A DNA stretch of 64,000 bases, from sequence record DRR378314_213, one strand, 5' to 3'. Position numbers and translations under genes: made by a program. This document shows, in pieces, positions 1-9,276 of this stretch. Numbering within the stretch: the stretch's first letter is position 1; the number at the start of each line of letters is the position of its first letter. The notes under the pieces were generated by a model. It saw nothing but the letters and a program-made list of their open reading frames with translations, was not told where the DNA came from and searched no databases.

Positions 1-1
1 A

Positions 2-88
2 GTTCCACTGCCACCTGCAGTTCTGATGTTCGGTGCGGCCCTGATGGGGCTGGGTTGGTTCAAGCGCCGCAAAGCGCTGAAGTCGTAA
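2..88 (+). CDS. 3' end of a VPLPA/PEP-CTERM sorting-domain protein (truncated by window start)
   Basis: Frame 2 reads VPLPPAVLMFGAALMGLGWFKRRKALKS*: Pro motif, hydrophobic helix, basic tail; nearly identical to the C-terminus of 373..1011. Confidence 0.85.
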   Translation, partial: VPLPPAVLMFGAALMGLGWFKRRKALKS

Positions 89-112
89 AGGGCAGATGAC
101 ACCGATGTTAAG

Positions 113-141
113 AACGGAGGCGATTTCGCCTCCGTTTTTTT
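113..141 (+). terminator. Rho-independent terminator
   Basis: AACGGAGGCGA-tt-TCGCCTCCGTT stem followed by a T run. Confidence 0.85.
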
Positions 142-372
142 ATGGGGTTCGGTTGATAAAATTTTCAGAAAAGCCACTGTAAATTTGGCTAAAATTTGAT
201 CCTTTTTCTATCTCAATTTTAACTTTTCTCTTTTAGGGTTGGGACCAGTCAAGACGTGAAGCAGGGCTGGAATAGACCACTCTGAATTGCGAGGGGCCCG
301 TGAGCTGGGCCAGATCGGTAGATTACCCGATGAGATGAAATCAGCCTGCATCGGGCAGTATGGAGAGAGAAA

Positions 373-1011
373 ATGCTGAAAAGAATTTTAGCAAGTCTGG
401 CAACAATCGCTGCCGTTACGGTTGGGGCATCATCGGCTCATGCGATTACGATGAATTTCACCCACGGGACTTATGATGACGGCGCTTATCATTACAGTGA
501 AGGCGGATATGATGTCAGTGCCTCTGCTGTTTTTGGGGGAAATCATGGCGGGTATTTTGGTCAGTCTTCCAGCAGCGGCCTTTATATCACCAGTTATAAA
601 TGCAGTGCAAATAAACGGCATTGCTACGACGATAACCACCAAATTGATGGTTACAAGAAAGGTGAGGGCGTAACGCTGACCTTTGATCAGGAAGTCTCCA
701 TTCAGTCGCTCTATTTCTCTTACGTGGGATATAATGACGATTTTTCGATCAAGGCAGATAACGGCTCGACCAGCGTTTTTGATATCGCAGGTGGTAACTA
801 TTACGACACTGCAAAAGGGTCATATAATTTTGCCGATGGCGGTCTTGTCGGTACTGTATTTACAATTGCCGCTCCCTTTTATGATGATGATTTCAAGTTG
901 GCGGGGATGCAGTTCGCACCCGTGTCAGCAGTCCCGCTGCCACCAGCCGTCTTGATGTTTGGCGCAGCGTTAATTGGGCTGGGCGTTTTGAAACGCCGCA
1001 AGCAGGCTTAA
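373..1011 (+). CDS. Secreted VPLPA/PEP-CTERM sorting-domain protein
   Basis: Signal peptide ending in AHA; Gly/Tyr/Asp/Ser-rich body; C-terminus VPLPPAVLMFGAALIGLGVLKRRKQA; GGAGAG RBS. Confidence 0.85.
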   Translation: MLKRILASLATIAAVTVGASSAHAITMNFTHGTYDDGAYHYSEGGYDVSASAVFGGNHGGYFGQSSSSGLYITSYKCSANKRHCYDDNHQIDGYKKGEGVTLTFDQEVSIQSLYFSYVGYNDDFSIKADNGSTSVFDIAGGNYYDTAKGSYNFADGGLVGTVFTIAAPFYDDDFKLAGMQFAPVSAVPLPPAVLMFGAALIGLGVLKRRKQA

Positions 1012-1034
1012 CGTCAGCCTTTCATAAACCCGAT

Positions 1035-1067
1035 AAAACGGAGGCTTTTAATCGCCTCCGTTTTTTT
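1035..1067 (+). terminator. Rho-independent terminator (probably bidirectional)
   Basis: AAAACGGAGGC...GCCTCCGTTTT plus T run between convergent genes. Confidence 0.8.
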
Positions 1068-1073
1068 ATGAAT

Positions 1074-2603
1074 TCAAGAACAGACTTTAATATCGACCCT
1101 TCGGGAGGGGCGATCGGTAAGAGGGGGGCGGCTGCCTTTGCCGGAGAGATAGAGCCGGGCCGGGGATATTCCCTGTTCACTCAGGATCCGGCTAACCTTT
1201 TGCGCCCGCTGAAATGACAGCTTGTTGTTCAGTGCGGCCGAGCCGGAGAGATCGGCAATCCCCTCGATTTGGAACCGGGTGCCAGGCTTGTCCTGATAGC
1301 GTTTGGCCAGGGATTTCAAACGTTTTAGATCCCGCGCCTTGGTCACGCGGGCGCTGCCACTTTCAAAAGCAATGCTGAGGGTTCTCGAGCTTTGAGAACA
1401 GAAGGGCGCCGCAGGGCCTTGTTGCTGAGGTATCCCCACCGTATCGTATTGGTGAAGTTTTTCTTCCATCTCTGAGAGCCTGTGATTAACGGTCAGCAGT
1501 GTTTTTTCCTGATCTTTCACGGTCAACATCAACAGATTTATCTGATGATTGAGCTTGTTATAAAATTTTTGCAGCTCCTCCACTACTGGTGACAGATTTA
1601 GTAAAACAGTAGGTGTGGTTTCCTTCTGCGTGCCGAACAGGCTCTTGGGGATTAATTGGGGGTGCGCCGATTGAGGATCATAAAAAAGTTCATACCGGGA
1701 GGTGGCGCCAATATGCAAGAGGGGTGTAGCTGATGAATTATCTGGCAGAAGGGTTTTATGGGTCGGAAATAAGAACCGCGCCGCTACGCTGAGCTCTCCC
1801 GACGGATTACAGGCCGAGGAAAGGGTGATGTAGCCTGTGTTCGTGGTGGCCTGTTGCTGGCTGCTAAAAGGTTCGGATGAACAGGCCAAGACCGCTTTGG
1901 CCGCGACCCATGTGTGAAAGCCTATCACCAGAGATAACCCCACCAGAATAAGGGTGAAACTAAAAACCTTATGGTTTCCGACTTCCTTGAAAAATAAATA
2001 CCGTTCAAATATGGATTTCGCGGCAAGGAACGGCCGACCCGCCCTCAGGGTTCCATCGGCATTATGAAGCTTGAAAAAGGCGCGGGAAAACCGTTTTTGG
2101 GAAACTGAAACCTGACCATTTCTGGCATGGCCCGAAAAGGGTACAATCAACAGTAAGCGAAAGACCATATTCACCAAGAGAACCGTAAGGCCAATGAGCA
2201 CATTCAAAATCTTTCGGCCAAGGGATACCGGTTGATCCCTGACTTCCCGGATCATGTGAATTGTCAGCAGGACAGCAAAGATCAGGGCTAAAACCCCTGT
2301 ATACAGCAGCCACAGGCCCAGACACCCCACAAGGACAAGGACGGCAAGCTGGATCAAGCCCAGAAAAGCATCCTCAATCCCGATAAGTTTAAAATAGGGT
2401 ATTTGGAACAGGTTATAGACGGTAGCATCCAGAAACAGGCTGAATATCAGAAAATAAAGGGCCAGCAAAAGCGAAAGGCCCGGTATGAGGAGGGTCAGAT
2501 TACGAACGCGATTGACCCTCATATGGACGTCACAAAACAGCTCCCCGTCCAGCGACCTGTTGCGGCATCTCTGGCCCGATCTGGTGGTACCCTGACATTG
2601 CAT
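1074..2603 (-). CDS. Membrane protein with N-terminal Cys3His knuckle and C-terminal OmpA-like peptidoglycan-binding domain
   Basis: N-term CQGTTRSGQRCRNRSLDGELFCDVH; several hydrophobic helices; coiled coil; C-term FESGSA...IEGIADLSG..LNNKLSFQRAQKV...RRVDI. Confidence 0.75.
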   Translation of the reverse strand: MQCQGTTRSGQRCRNRSLDGELFCDVHMRVNRVRNLTLLIPGLSLLLALYFLIFSLFLDATVYNLFQIPYFKLIGIEDAFLGLIQLAVLVLVGCLGLWLLYTGVLALIFAVLLTIHMIREVRDQPVSLGRKILNVLIGLTVLLVNMVFRLLLIVPFSGHARNGQVSVSQKRFSRAFFKLHNADGTLRAGRPFLAAKSIFERYLFFKEVGNHKVFSFTLILVGLSLVIGFHTWVAAKAVLACSSEPFSSQQQATTNTGYITLSSACNPSGELSVAARFLFPTHKTLLPDNSSATPLLHIGATSRYELFYDPQSAHPQLIPKSLFGTQKETTPTVLLNLSPVVEELQKFYNKLNHQINLLMLTVKDQEKTLLTVNHRLSEMEEKLHQYDTVGIPQQQGPAAPFCSQSSRTLSIAFESGSARVTKARDLKRLKSLAKRYQDKPGTRFQIEGIADLSGSAALNNKLSFQRAQKVSRILSEQGISPARLYLSGKGSRPPLTDRPSRRVDIKVCS

Positions 2604-2776
2604 CGTAAAACCTCAAATAATAAGAACATATTGTTGTTTAATTCTACTATAGATGGTTTATGCGGAGAGTTTGTGAGAGTTTTCCGGTGAAAGGCGGATT
2701 GCAAATCTTGCTCTGGCGGACGAATAGGTTTAGGAATATGACAACAAACAGCTAGAGATTTTGAGGAAACACTAAA

Positions 2777-4630
2777 ATGCCCCAATATAGATCGAAAACC
2801 TCCACGCAAGGCCGTAATATGGCTGGCGCACGTGCCCTGTGGCGGGCCACAGGTATGACGGACGGGGACTTTGAAAAGCCAATTATCGCGATTTCCAATT
2901 CATTCACTCAATTTGTGCCAGGTCATGTGCATTTGAAGGATCTGGGCCAGATGGTTGCCCGCGAGGTCGAAAAATGCGGGGGTGTGGCCAAGGAATTTAA
3001 TACAATTGCGGTGGATGACGGGATTGCCATGGGCCATGACGGGATGCTGTACAGCCTTCCCTCCCGCGAGGTGATTGCGGATTCCGTGGAATATATGGTC
3101 AATGCCCATTGCGCTGATGCGCTGGTGTGTATTTCCAACTGTGACAAGATCACGCCCGGCATGCTGATGGCAGCCATGCGTCTGAACATTCCCACCGTGT
3201 TTGTATCAGGCGGCCCGATGGAGGCCGGTAAAGGCATGGCGGATGGCAAGGAAATCGGCCTTGATCTGATCGATGCCATGATCCAGGCGGGTGATCCAAA
3301 TGTTTCTGATGAGCAGGTTGCAGAAGTTGAACGCTCCGCTTGTCCGACATGTGGATCCTGTTCGGGGATGTTTACTGCAAACTCCATGAATTGCCTGACC
3401 GAAGCGCTTGGCCTTGCCTTGCCCGGGAATGGGAGCCTTCTGGCAACCCATGCGGATCGCAAGCAGCTGTTCTTGGATGCGGCGCGCACCATCGTGGATG
3501 TGACACGCCGACATTATGAACTGGATGAAGCGGGTTTGCTGCCTCGGGAAATTGCCAGTTTCAAGGCATTTGAAAACGCCATGACCCTGGATATCGCCAT
3601 GGGTGGATCGACCAATACCGTGTTGCATCTGTTAGCAGCAGCCCAGGAGGGTGAAATAGAGTTTACCATGCAGGATATTGATCGGCTCAGTCGTCAGGTT
3701 CCGCATCTGTGTAAGGTCGCGCCAAGTACCCAGGATTATCATATGGAAGATGTCCACCGGGCCGGGGGCATCATGGGTATTTTGGGCGAATTGGATCGGG
3801 GCGGCTTGATCCATCATGAGTTGCCGACAATCCATGCCCCGACGATGAAAGATGCGCTTTCCATGTGGGATGTCATTCAGACCCGGGCTAATACGGTTCA
3901 GGAATTTTACCGGGCGGGCCCAGGTGGCATTCGCACAACGGAAGCGTTCAGCCAGAATAAACGCTATCCGGATCTGGATGTGGATCGGGAAAATGGCTGC
4001 ATCCGGACCAAGGAACATGCGTTTAGCCAGGACGGCGGTCTGGCGGTGCTGTATGGAAATATTGCGCATGAAGGTTGTATCGTCAAAACGGCTGGCGTGG
4101 ATGACAGCATTTTGAAATTCACCGGTCGGGCCCGAATTTTCGAAAGCCAGGACAGCGCCGTGGCTGCAATCCTTGGGGATGAGATTGTCGCGGGTGATGT
4201 AGTGGTTATCCAGTATGAAGGACCGAAAGGGGGCCCCGGCATGCAGGAGATGCTGTATCCGACGTCTTACCTGAAATCCAAGGGACTGGGTAAAGAATGC
4301 GCTTTGCTGACCGACGGCCGGTTTTCTGGCGGAACATCGGGTCTGTCCATCGGCCATGTGTCACCGGAAGCGGCAGAAGGCGGAAATATCGGTTTGGTTC
4401 AGGAAGGTGATACCATCGAAATTGATATCCCCAACCGGACCATAAATCTGGCGATTACAGATGCGGAAATGGATGCCCGTCGGATAGCTATGGACGCCAA
4501 GGGGGGTGATGCCTGGAAACCAACTGAAAAGCGGACACGGGTGATATCCAAGGCCCTGCAAGCCTATGCGGCCCTCACCACCAGTGCTGCCCGCGGTGCT
4601 GTTCGCGATGTGACACAGGTTCAAAAGTAA
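2777..4630 (+). CDS. ilvD: Dihydroxy-acid dehydratase
   Basis: [56 protein letters not shown]. Confidence 0.98.
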   Translation: MPQYRSKTSTQGRNMAGARALWRATGMTDGDFEKPIIAISNSFTQFVPGHVHLKDLGQMVAREVEKCGGVAKEFNTIAVDDGIAMGHDGMLYSLPSREVIADSVEYMVNAHCADALVCISNCDKITPGMLMAAMRLNIPTVFVSGGPMEAGKGMADGKEIGLDLIDAMIQAGDPNVSDEQVAEVERSACPTCGSCSGMFTANSMNCLTEALGLALPGNGSLLATHADRKQLFLDAARTIVDVTRRHYELDEAGLLPREIASFKAFENAMTLDIAMGGSTNTVLHLLAAAQEGEIEFTMQDIDRLSRQVPHLCKVAPSTQDYHMEDVHRAGGIMGILGELDRGGLIHHELPTIHAPTMKDALSMWDVIQTRANTVQEFYRAGPGGIRTTEAFSQNKRYPDLDVDRENGCIRTKEHAFSQDGGLAVLYGNIAHEGCIVKTAGVDDSILKFTGRARIFESQDSAVAAILGDEIVAGDVVVIQYEGPKGGPGMQEMLYPTSYLKSKGLGKECALLTDGRFSGGTSGLSIGHVSPEAAEGGNIGLVQEGDTIEIDIPNRTINLAITDAEMDARRIAMDAKGGDAWKPTEKRTRVISKALQAYAALTTSAARGAVRDVTQVQK

Positions 4631-4652
4631 TTCTGACCGATGTAGTGAACAG

Positions 4653-4681
4653 AAAAGCCTGGCCAAAAGCCGGGCTTTTTT
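4653..4681. terminator. Bidirectional terminator
   Basis: AAAAGCCTGGC-caaaa-GCCGGGCTTTT between convergent genes. Confidence 0.75.
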
Positions 4682-4693
4682 CGTGGAGGAGAG

Positions 4694-5053
4694 CTAACTC
4701 TCCAAGCCCAGTTCTTTGCGGGTTGATTTGGTGAGTTTGGCAGTGATGATTTTGTGCGCGGTGTCGATATAGGCTTTGATATCGCTATCGGTCATGGCAT
4801 CTGGAGATTGGATCTGAACCCATTTAGCCCGGGCGAGATAGGGGGCGGGGATAATGCCCTCCTGCTCGGTCAGGATCTGGTAGGAAAGATCGCTGCATTT
4901 GAAAGCGATTTTGTGGTGCGCCCCGTCGCCCCATCGGGAACTGATGGCAAAAATTTTGCCGCCGACTTTCCAGACACTTGAACTGCCCCATTGAATAACA
5001 TTGGCAGTCGCCTTCAGGTTTTTACAAAAGTGATCAAACTCCGCTTCGGTCAT
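4694..5053 (-). CDS. MmcQ/YjbR family protein
   Basis: QWGSSSVWKVGGKIFA, FKCS, PAPYLARAKWV; start moved to the ATG of MTEAEF to remove overlap with the GNAT gene. Confidence 0.85.
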   Translation of the reverse strand: MTEAEFDHFCKNLKATANVIQWGSSSVWKVGGKIFAISSRWGDGAHHKIAFKCSDLSYQILTEQEGIIPAPYLARAKWVQIQSPDAMTDSDIKAYIDTAHKIITAKLTKSTRKELGLES

Positions 5054-5057
5054 GAAA

Positions 5058-5552
5058 TCAAAGGTCCAATTGAAAGGTGAAGGAGGTGGGGCGGTCGTAG
5101 CCTTCATGGGCGCTGTCCCCACACTTAACAAATCCTCGCTTTTCAAAAAAGCGATGAACCTCTATCAGTTCCACCCGGGATTGCAGTTCGATGAAAGATT
5201 TGCGGTTGGTTTTTGCATACTCAATACACGCCATCAGGATTTCACTGCCGAGCCCCCTGGATTGCAAATCAGGGTTGGTTGCCACTTTCCCCAGATAATA
5301 ATGATCGCCCCGGTCATCCATGAATGCGCACCCGACCAACTGTCCCTGATCCTTTTTGTAGAATAAGGTTTCTGTCTCGGCCTTTTTCTGGATTGTTGCA
5401 AGATTTAGAAGACGCAGAGAGGAGGGCGGATCAATGCGGGCGTTCATATAGGCAAATGAGGTTTGAAGCAGGTTCAGCAGCGCTGACCATTCGCAAAATT
5501 CACCCTGATTGCGCGTAACGGGTTGAATAGAGAGGGTCGCAGGATCTGTCAC
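5058..5552 (-). CDS. GNAT family N-acetyltransferase
   Basis: YLGKVATNPDLQSRGLGSEI acetyl-CoA motif A; FFEKRGF. Confidence 0.85.
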   Translation of the reverse strand: MTDPATLSIQPVTRNQGEFCEWSALLNLLQTSFAYMNARIDPPSSLRLLNLATIQKKAETETLFYKKDQGQLVGCAFMDDRGDHYYLGKVATNPDLQSRGLGSEILMACIEYAKTNRKSFIELQSRVELIEVHRFFEKRGFVKCGDSAHEGYDRPTSFTFQLDL

Positions 5553-5591
5553 TGGAAACCTTGTTGTTGCACCAGAATGACCTGTAATTTG

Positions 5592-6098
5592 TCAGCTGTC
5601 TCTCAGGGAGTAAAGGCTGAATGTTTCTTCTCTCAGCTGCGAGGGGAGTTTTTCAATATATTCAACGAAAGTAACAGTCCGCGTTACGGTATGACCATCA
5701 TCGGACATCGGCAGAATGACCGTTTCGATCTCTGTAAACGCGTTTTGCGGTCCAACATAGGGAATCGTCTGAAAACTGGGCTCTTTACTGTCGATGACGT
5801 CTACCATGGCTTTCCAGATATTGCTGTCCGGGCCCCGACCCTCAAAGCTCCGCCAGTTTTTGCCCATGCTGTTGACTGAGCTGTGAGAAAGGACGACATC
5901 GCCGGTAATCCGTTCCACAAAATCCAGGGGGTCGTTTAAGACTTGTATAACAACAATATAGGGAAGCAGGGGTTTAATTTCTGCGGGGTTGAAATCCGAC
6001 CAAACCGGCAGGCCAAAATTTCTGTCCAGGGATTGCCAGTAATGGTAACCATCCTGAATTATATTGGCGGGGGCCTCTGTATTTTTATCTTGGAACAT
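5592..6098 (-). CDS. Stand-alone PAS-fold protein (PAS_5-like)
   Basis: YHYWQSL..LPVWSDFNPAEIKPLLPYI...ETVILPMSDDG pattern. Confidence 0.7.
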   Translation of the reverse strand: MFQDKNTEAPANIIQDGYHYWQSLDRNFGLPVWSDFNPAEIKPLLPYIVVIQVLNDPLDFVERITGDVVLSHSSVNSMGKNWRSFEGRGPDSNIWKAMVDVIDSKEPSFQTIPYVGPQNAFTEIETVILPMSDDGHTVTRTVTFVEYIEKLPSQLREETFSLYSLRDS

Positions 6099-6185
6099 GT
6101 ACTCAGACTCATTGTATGACTGACTACATAATTATATTAGAAAATACCATATATCTCAATTATTTGAGAGCATTGAGACCGTGTT

Positions 6186-7883
6186 TTATGCGGCGAGCGT
6201 CAATAAGCGTTGCTTTGGCAGGATCACACAGGCGGTTGTTCCCTTGCCGAGTTCACTTTCCAGCTTAAAATATCCGTCATGGGCTTCTGTCAGCAGTCGC
6301 ACCAGGCTCAGGCCCAGGCCTGTTCCCTGATGGTTGCGATTATAGGTAGAATGGATCTGACCAAACTGGGTCTGCACATGGTCTAGGTATTCAGCAGCAA
6401 TCCCAATTCCATTATCTGTGACGCTGATGACAACATCACCATCCGGCAGGTATGAAACGGCGGTGTTGATATGCCCATCCTGATCAGTGAATTTGACGGA
6501 ATTCGACAGGAGATTAGCAACGATCTGTTTGATCCGTGTTGGATCCACCTGCAGGATTGGCGCAGGATCAGGACAGTCAAGGGTGAGGGAAATATTCTGT
6601 TTTTGGGCGGGAACAGATACCATCTGGATACAGGCATCCAGCAGGGCGCGCAGGTCAATTTCCTGTTCGACCAGGTTGACCTGGTTGGCTTCAATCTTGG
6701 CCACATCCAGAATATCATTGATCACCTGCAGAAGGTGCGTACCCGCATCATTGACATCGGCGGCATATTCTTTGCGCTTTTCTTTATCGACGACTGAGTA
6801 ATCATCCATCATTAGAAGCTCAGAAAATCCGATAATTGCGTTCAAGGGCGTCCGCAGTTCATGGCTCATGTTGGCAAGGAATTGAGATTTGGCTTTACTG
6901 CCCTGAACAGCAGCGTCTTTCGCCTTTCGAAGTTCCTGTGTGCGCTCCATAACTTTTTCTTCGAGCTGTTCCGTATTGTAGCGAAGAACATTTTCCGCAT
7001 TCTTTTGATCGGTAACATCTGTGAAGGAGATGAGCATACCGGCGGGAATGCTTTCCCGCCGAGAATGAAGATATCGGCCGTCGGCGAGTTTTCGAACGCC
7101 ATCAAAGCTCTCAAACTTCTGGAGGCTTTGTTTCAACTTTTGAAGCTTGTCCTCGTTAAAATCCACGCCTGTATATTCGCGCGCAAATGCATAATCAATA
7201 AAATGGTCGACGTGGGTTCCCTTGCGCTTCAATTCTTCCGGAAATTCAAGAACTTCAAAAAAGTAATTATTCCAAAGGGTTAATTTTAGATCTTCGTCAA
7301 AAAGCGCAAGACCGGTATGGACGTTCTGGACAACGGTTTCTAGGGTTGTCGCTTTCTCCGACAGTTCGATACGGCGCTCGGCCAGTTCCATAGTCCGTTG
7401 ACGAACTCTTTCATCGAGTTTGTTGTTGTTTTCTTCCAGAGTCTGTCGGGATTTAGACAGTTCCGTAACATCAGAAAAAGTGGTGATAAAGCCGCCAGAT
7501 GGTAAAGGGTTTGCAACGATTTTTAGGACTGTTCCATTGGGCCGTGTCCGCTCCAGTGTATGGGCTTTTCGGTCTTCGAGTAGAGCCATTCGCTCTGCAA
7601 CATGGGTCTCTACGTCCCCATCTCCATATTCACCCTGAGACGCGCTGTAGCGGAAAACTTCGCTAACATGGGTCTTTCCCGCGGTCATTAAATCAGGTGG
7701 TAAGTCAAGCAAGGTCAGGAAATTAAGGTTCACAAAGATCAGATTAAAATCCGCATCTGTGACACTCACTCCGTGATCCAGATACTCCAGACAGAGATGT
7801 GTTAATTCAGGTCCCAAATACTGTGACAAAGTCGAACTTCCCCCAAAAGCAAAACCGCGCGCAATACGCCGCGCGCTGTTCAA
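6186..7883 (-). CDS. Cytoplasmic PAS-PAS sensor histidine kinase (start uncertain)
   Basis: Two PAS_7-like folds; H box FLANMSHELRTPLNAIIGFSE; NLLSNSVKFT, DNGIGI, GTGLGL; no TM helix, no receiver domain. Confidence 0.9.
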   Translation of the reverse strand: MNSARRIARGFAFGGSSTLSQYLGPELTHLCLEYLDHGVSVTDADFNLIFVNLNFLTLLDLPPDLMTAGKTHVSEVFRYSASQGEYGDGDVETHVAERMALLEDRKAHTLERTRPNGTVLKIVANPLPSGGFITTFSDVTELSKSRQTLEENNNKLDERVRQRTMELAERRIELSEKATTLETVVQNVHTGLALFDEDLKLTLWNNYFFEVLEFPEELKRKGTHVDHFIDYAFAREYTGVDFNEDKLQKLKQSLQKFESFDGVRKLADGRYLHSRRESIPAGMLISFTDVTDQKNAENVLRYNTEQLEEKVMERTQELRKAKDAAVQGSKAKSQFLANMSHELRTPLNAIIGFSELLMMDDYSVVDKEKRKEYAADVNDAGTHLLQVINDILDVAKIEANQVNLVEQEIDLRALLDACIQMVSVPAQKQNISLTLDCPDPAPILQVDPTRIKQIVANLLSNSVKFTDQDGHINTAVSYLPDGDVVISVTDNGIGIAAEYLDHVQTQFGQIHSTYNRNHQGTGLGLSLVRLLTEAHDGYFKLESELGKGTTACVILPKQRLLTLAA

Positions 7884-7947
7884 GCCCCACAGGGTAGAAA
7901 GAATTTCCTAACTTAATCCTAACAAATGAGGAGATTCCCAAACGGAT

Positions 7948-8730
7948 TTAGATTTCCGGTTCAGCTTGGGTGAGATCAACCCAGATAGGGGTGTGGTCCG
8001 AGGGTCTTTCCTCTCCTCTTGGTCCTTTATCAATGCCGACTTCTGTCAGTAGATCCATGGCTTGGGGGGACAGCAGTAAATGATCGATCCGAATGCCATG
8101 GTCGTTTTGCCAGGCGCCCCGTTGATAATCCCAGTAGGTGTAATTGACATCGGGTGTGAAGCTGCGATAGGCATCGGCATAGCCGAGCCCCAAGAGCTGT
8201 CGAAACCGGTTTCGGCTTTGCGGTTGGGTGAGGGCATCCCCCTCCCAACGGCTGGGATCATAACAGTCTTCGTCCTGGGGAATAACGTTATAGTCCCCGG
8301 CAAGGACTACAGGGGTTTCGGCCGTCAGAAGCGACTTGGCATGACCGATCAGCCGATCCATCCATCCAAGTTTATAGGGAAATTTCTCAGTCTCGATAGG
8401 GTTACCATTTGGCAGGTAAATGGAGGCGATCCGAACCCCCTTTATGGTCGCTTCAATATAGCGGGCCTGCTCATCGGAAGGATCGCCCGGCAGATCGCGC
8501 AAGATATCCTCAATGGGATGTTTGGAGAGGATTGCGACCCCGTTATAGGTTTTCTGACCGAAGGTTTCTACATGATACCCAAGCGCTTCAACCTCTTCGC
8601 GTGGAAAATTCTCATCAATACATTTGAGTTCCTGCAGGCAAAGAACATCGATTTGAGTTTTTTCCAGATAACCGATCAGTCGCGGCAGACGTGCTTTAAC
8701 AGAGTTCACGTTCCAGCTGGCAATTTTCAT
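7948..8730 (-). CDS. xth: Exodeoxyribonuclease III
   Basis: MKIASWNVNS, LQELK, GDYN, GIRIDHLL, SDHTP. Confidence 0.95.
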   Translation of the reverse strand: MKIASWNVNSVKARLPRLIGYLEKTQIDVLCLQELKCIDENFPREEVEALGYHVETFGQKTYNGVAILSKHPIEDILRDLPGDPSDEQARYIEATIKGVRIASIYLPNGNPIETEKFPYKLGWMDRLIGHAKSLLTAETPVVLAGDYNVIPQDEDCYDPSRWEGDALTQPQSRNRFRQLLGLGYADAYRSFTPDVNYTYWDYQRGAWQNDHGIRIDHLLLSPQAMDLLTEVGIDKGPRGEERPSDHTPIWVDLTQAEPEI

Positions 8731-8813
8731 TCTATCTTCCCTGCAGGTGAGTTTTTAGAAGCTGTCCCATTGATGACCAATTTGGGAGCGCTTTTCAAGG
8801 AAGATTATCAAAG

Positions 8814-9161
8814 TTAGACAGAGAAGGAGGATCCGCAGGAGCAGGAGGCGGTCGCATTGGGATTACGGATCTGAAAAGCGGCGCCAATCAGGTCGTTGAC
8901 ATAATCCACCTCGGAGCCAGCCAGATACAGAAGAGAGACGCTGTCCACCAAAAGCGTCGCGCCGTTATTCTCAACAACCGTGTCATCAGGGTTCTGGGTA
9001 TCCTCCAGATCAAAACTGTATTGAAAGCCGGAGCAGCCGCCGCCATTAACGGCAACGCGCAGCATTTTCTTGTCCGCTTTCATTCCCTGAACAATTGCAT
9101 TAATCCGTTCAGCGGCTGAATCTGTAAGTTTGACAGGTGTTTCCATCATTTCCCGAGCCAT
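8814..9161 (-). CDS. erpA: A-type Fe-S cluster insertion protein
   Basis: GGGCSGFQY and NPNATASCSCGSSF; position next to xth. Confidence 0.9.
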   Translation of the reverse strand: MAREMMETPVKLTDSAAERINAIVQGMKADKKMLRVAVNGGGCSGFQYSFDLEDTQNPDDTVVENNGATLLVDSVSLLYLAGSEVDYVNDLIGAAFQIRNPNATASCSCGSSFSV

Positions 9162-9276
9162 ATTGAATTGCGCCTATAGAGGCGAAATAAGGTTCACTTA
9201 GGATCTTAAGTCCCTATGATGTATTTATCCGAAGGCCTTTTGTCAATTCTTCACCTGTCAGGGAGACCTAACATTA

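Noticed and set aside
184-200. Sigma-54 promoter (TTTGGCTAAAATTTGAT) for the PEP-CTERM gene
   Set aside because: No GC at the GG-N10-GC position
241-360. c-di-GMP-I/II riboswitch call for the leader
   Set aside because: The conserved cores I would expect (GNRA tetraloop/receptor arrangement, or kink-turn plus pseudoknot) are not evident; kept only as an unclassified candidate
2604-2776. Branched-chain amino acid attenuator before ilvD
   Set aside because: No Ile/Leu/Val-rich leader peptide or terminator hairpin seen
2900-4666. Long antisense ORFs over ilvD (likewise over xth, serS, uvrA, gyrA)
   Set aside because: Shadow frames of conserved genes with no motifs; expected from codon bias
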